64,000 nucleotides of DNA from Alphaproteobacteria bacterium (GTDB taxonomy: Bacteria > Pseudomonadota > Alphaproteobacteria > UBA828), in assembly GCA_965237415.1 (NCBI GenBank), contig CBDEFM010000002.1:3520001-3584000 (forward strand), in the 5' to 3' direction. The position numbers and the translations under genes are program-made. The notes beneath the pieces were generated by a model. It made no database searches. It saw only the letters and a list, made by a program, of their open reading frames with translations, and was not told the origin of the DNA. Below, one piece after another: positions 63,507-64,000 of the stretch; positions within the stretch are counted from its first letter, which is position 1, and each line of letters opens with the position of its first letter.

Positions 63507-64000
63507 CTAGCTGGCGGGCGCTTCGACCAGCGCCGTGCCGATCATCGAATCGCGGGTTACCAGTGCCGCCAGCTCGTCCTCGCTCAGGTCATCCGTGCCT
63601 GCCGGCCGTTGCGGCAGCACCAGATAGCGGAGCTCGGCATTGCTGTCCCACACCCGCACCTCGATGTCTTCGGACACCTCGACGCCGAATTCCTCGAGGA
63701 CGCCGCGCGGATCGATGACCGAGCGGGCCCGGAAGGGTGCGCTCTTGTACCAGATGGGCGGCAGCCCCAGCGTCGGCCACGGGTAGCAGGAACAGAGCGT
63801 GCAAGTGACCAGGTTGTGCACGTCGTCGGTGTTCTCGACGACGACCATGTCCTCGCCCTGCACGCCGCTGAACCCGAGCTCGGCGATCGCCTTCGTGCCG
63901 TCTTCGAGCAACCTCTGCTTGTAATCCGGGTGCGTCCACGCCCGCGCCACTACCTTGGCGCCGTTGCGCGGACCGACGCGGATCTCGTAGGTCTCCACGA
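63507..64000 (-). CDS. nthA: Nitrile hydratase alpha subunit, cobalt-type (5'-truncated by window edge)
   Basis: GAKVVARAW, metal motif CTLCSCYPW (Thr/Tyr is the Co-type signature), [25 protein letters not shown]. Confidence 0.94.
   Translation of the reverse strand, partial: VETYEIRVGPRNGAKVVARAWTHPDYKQRLLEDGTKAIAELGFSGVQGEDMVVVENTDDVHNLVTCTLCSCYPWPTLGLPPIWYKSAPFRARSVIDPRGVLEEFGVEVSEDIEVRVWDSNAELRYLVLPQRPAGTDDLSEDELAALVTRDSMIGTALVEAPAS

Overview
GC-rich alphaproteobacterial chromosome segment (inferred from gene order and protein signatures), mostly housekeeping. In order: the 3' part of the dcw cluster (mraY'-murD-ftsW-murG-murC-murB-ddl-ftsQ-ftsA-ftsZ-lpxC); a small oxidoreductase/metal-chaperone block (MDR, PNPOx-like, VOC, COG0523 GTPase, fdhD); argH-lptM-lysA; a ZitP-like zinc-finger gene, YdcF and an acyltransferase with no ftsEX between them; class II RNR nrdJ; DUF2125, SDR, dusA; a hydantoinase/oxoprolinase A+B pair; kdsD-lptC-lptA-lptB; bioB-bioA; a TRAP transporter; ate/bpt; purD; the str-S10-spc ribosomal superoperon ending at secY-adk; a class II aldolase, ectoine hydrolase, GFA and MOSC genes; and, cut by the right edge, a cobalt-type nitrile hydratase operon. 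The most unusual feature is that the nitrile hydratase beta subunit is cleanly split into two translationally coupled genes (three-subunit architecture). Also notable: a tuf gene with sharply anomalous codon usage, sliding-clamp-binding-like motifs in FtsQ and NrdJ, NrdR/LexA-like operators, and several breaks in normally conserved gene neighbourhoods. I saw no tRNA/rRNA, CRISPR array, IS element or phage gene. All calls are from motif recognition by eye; no searches were run.
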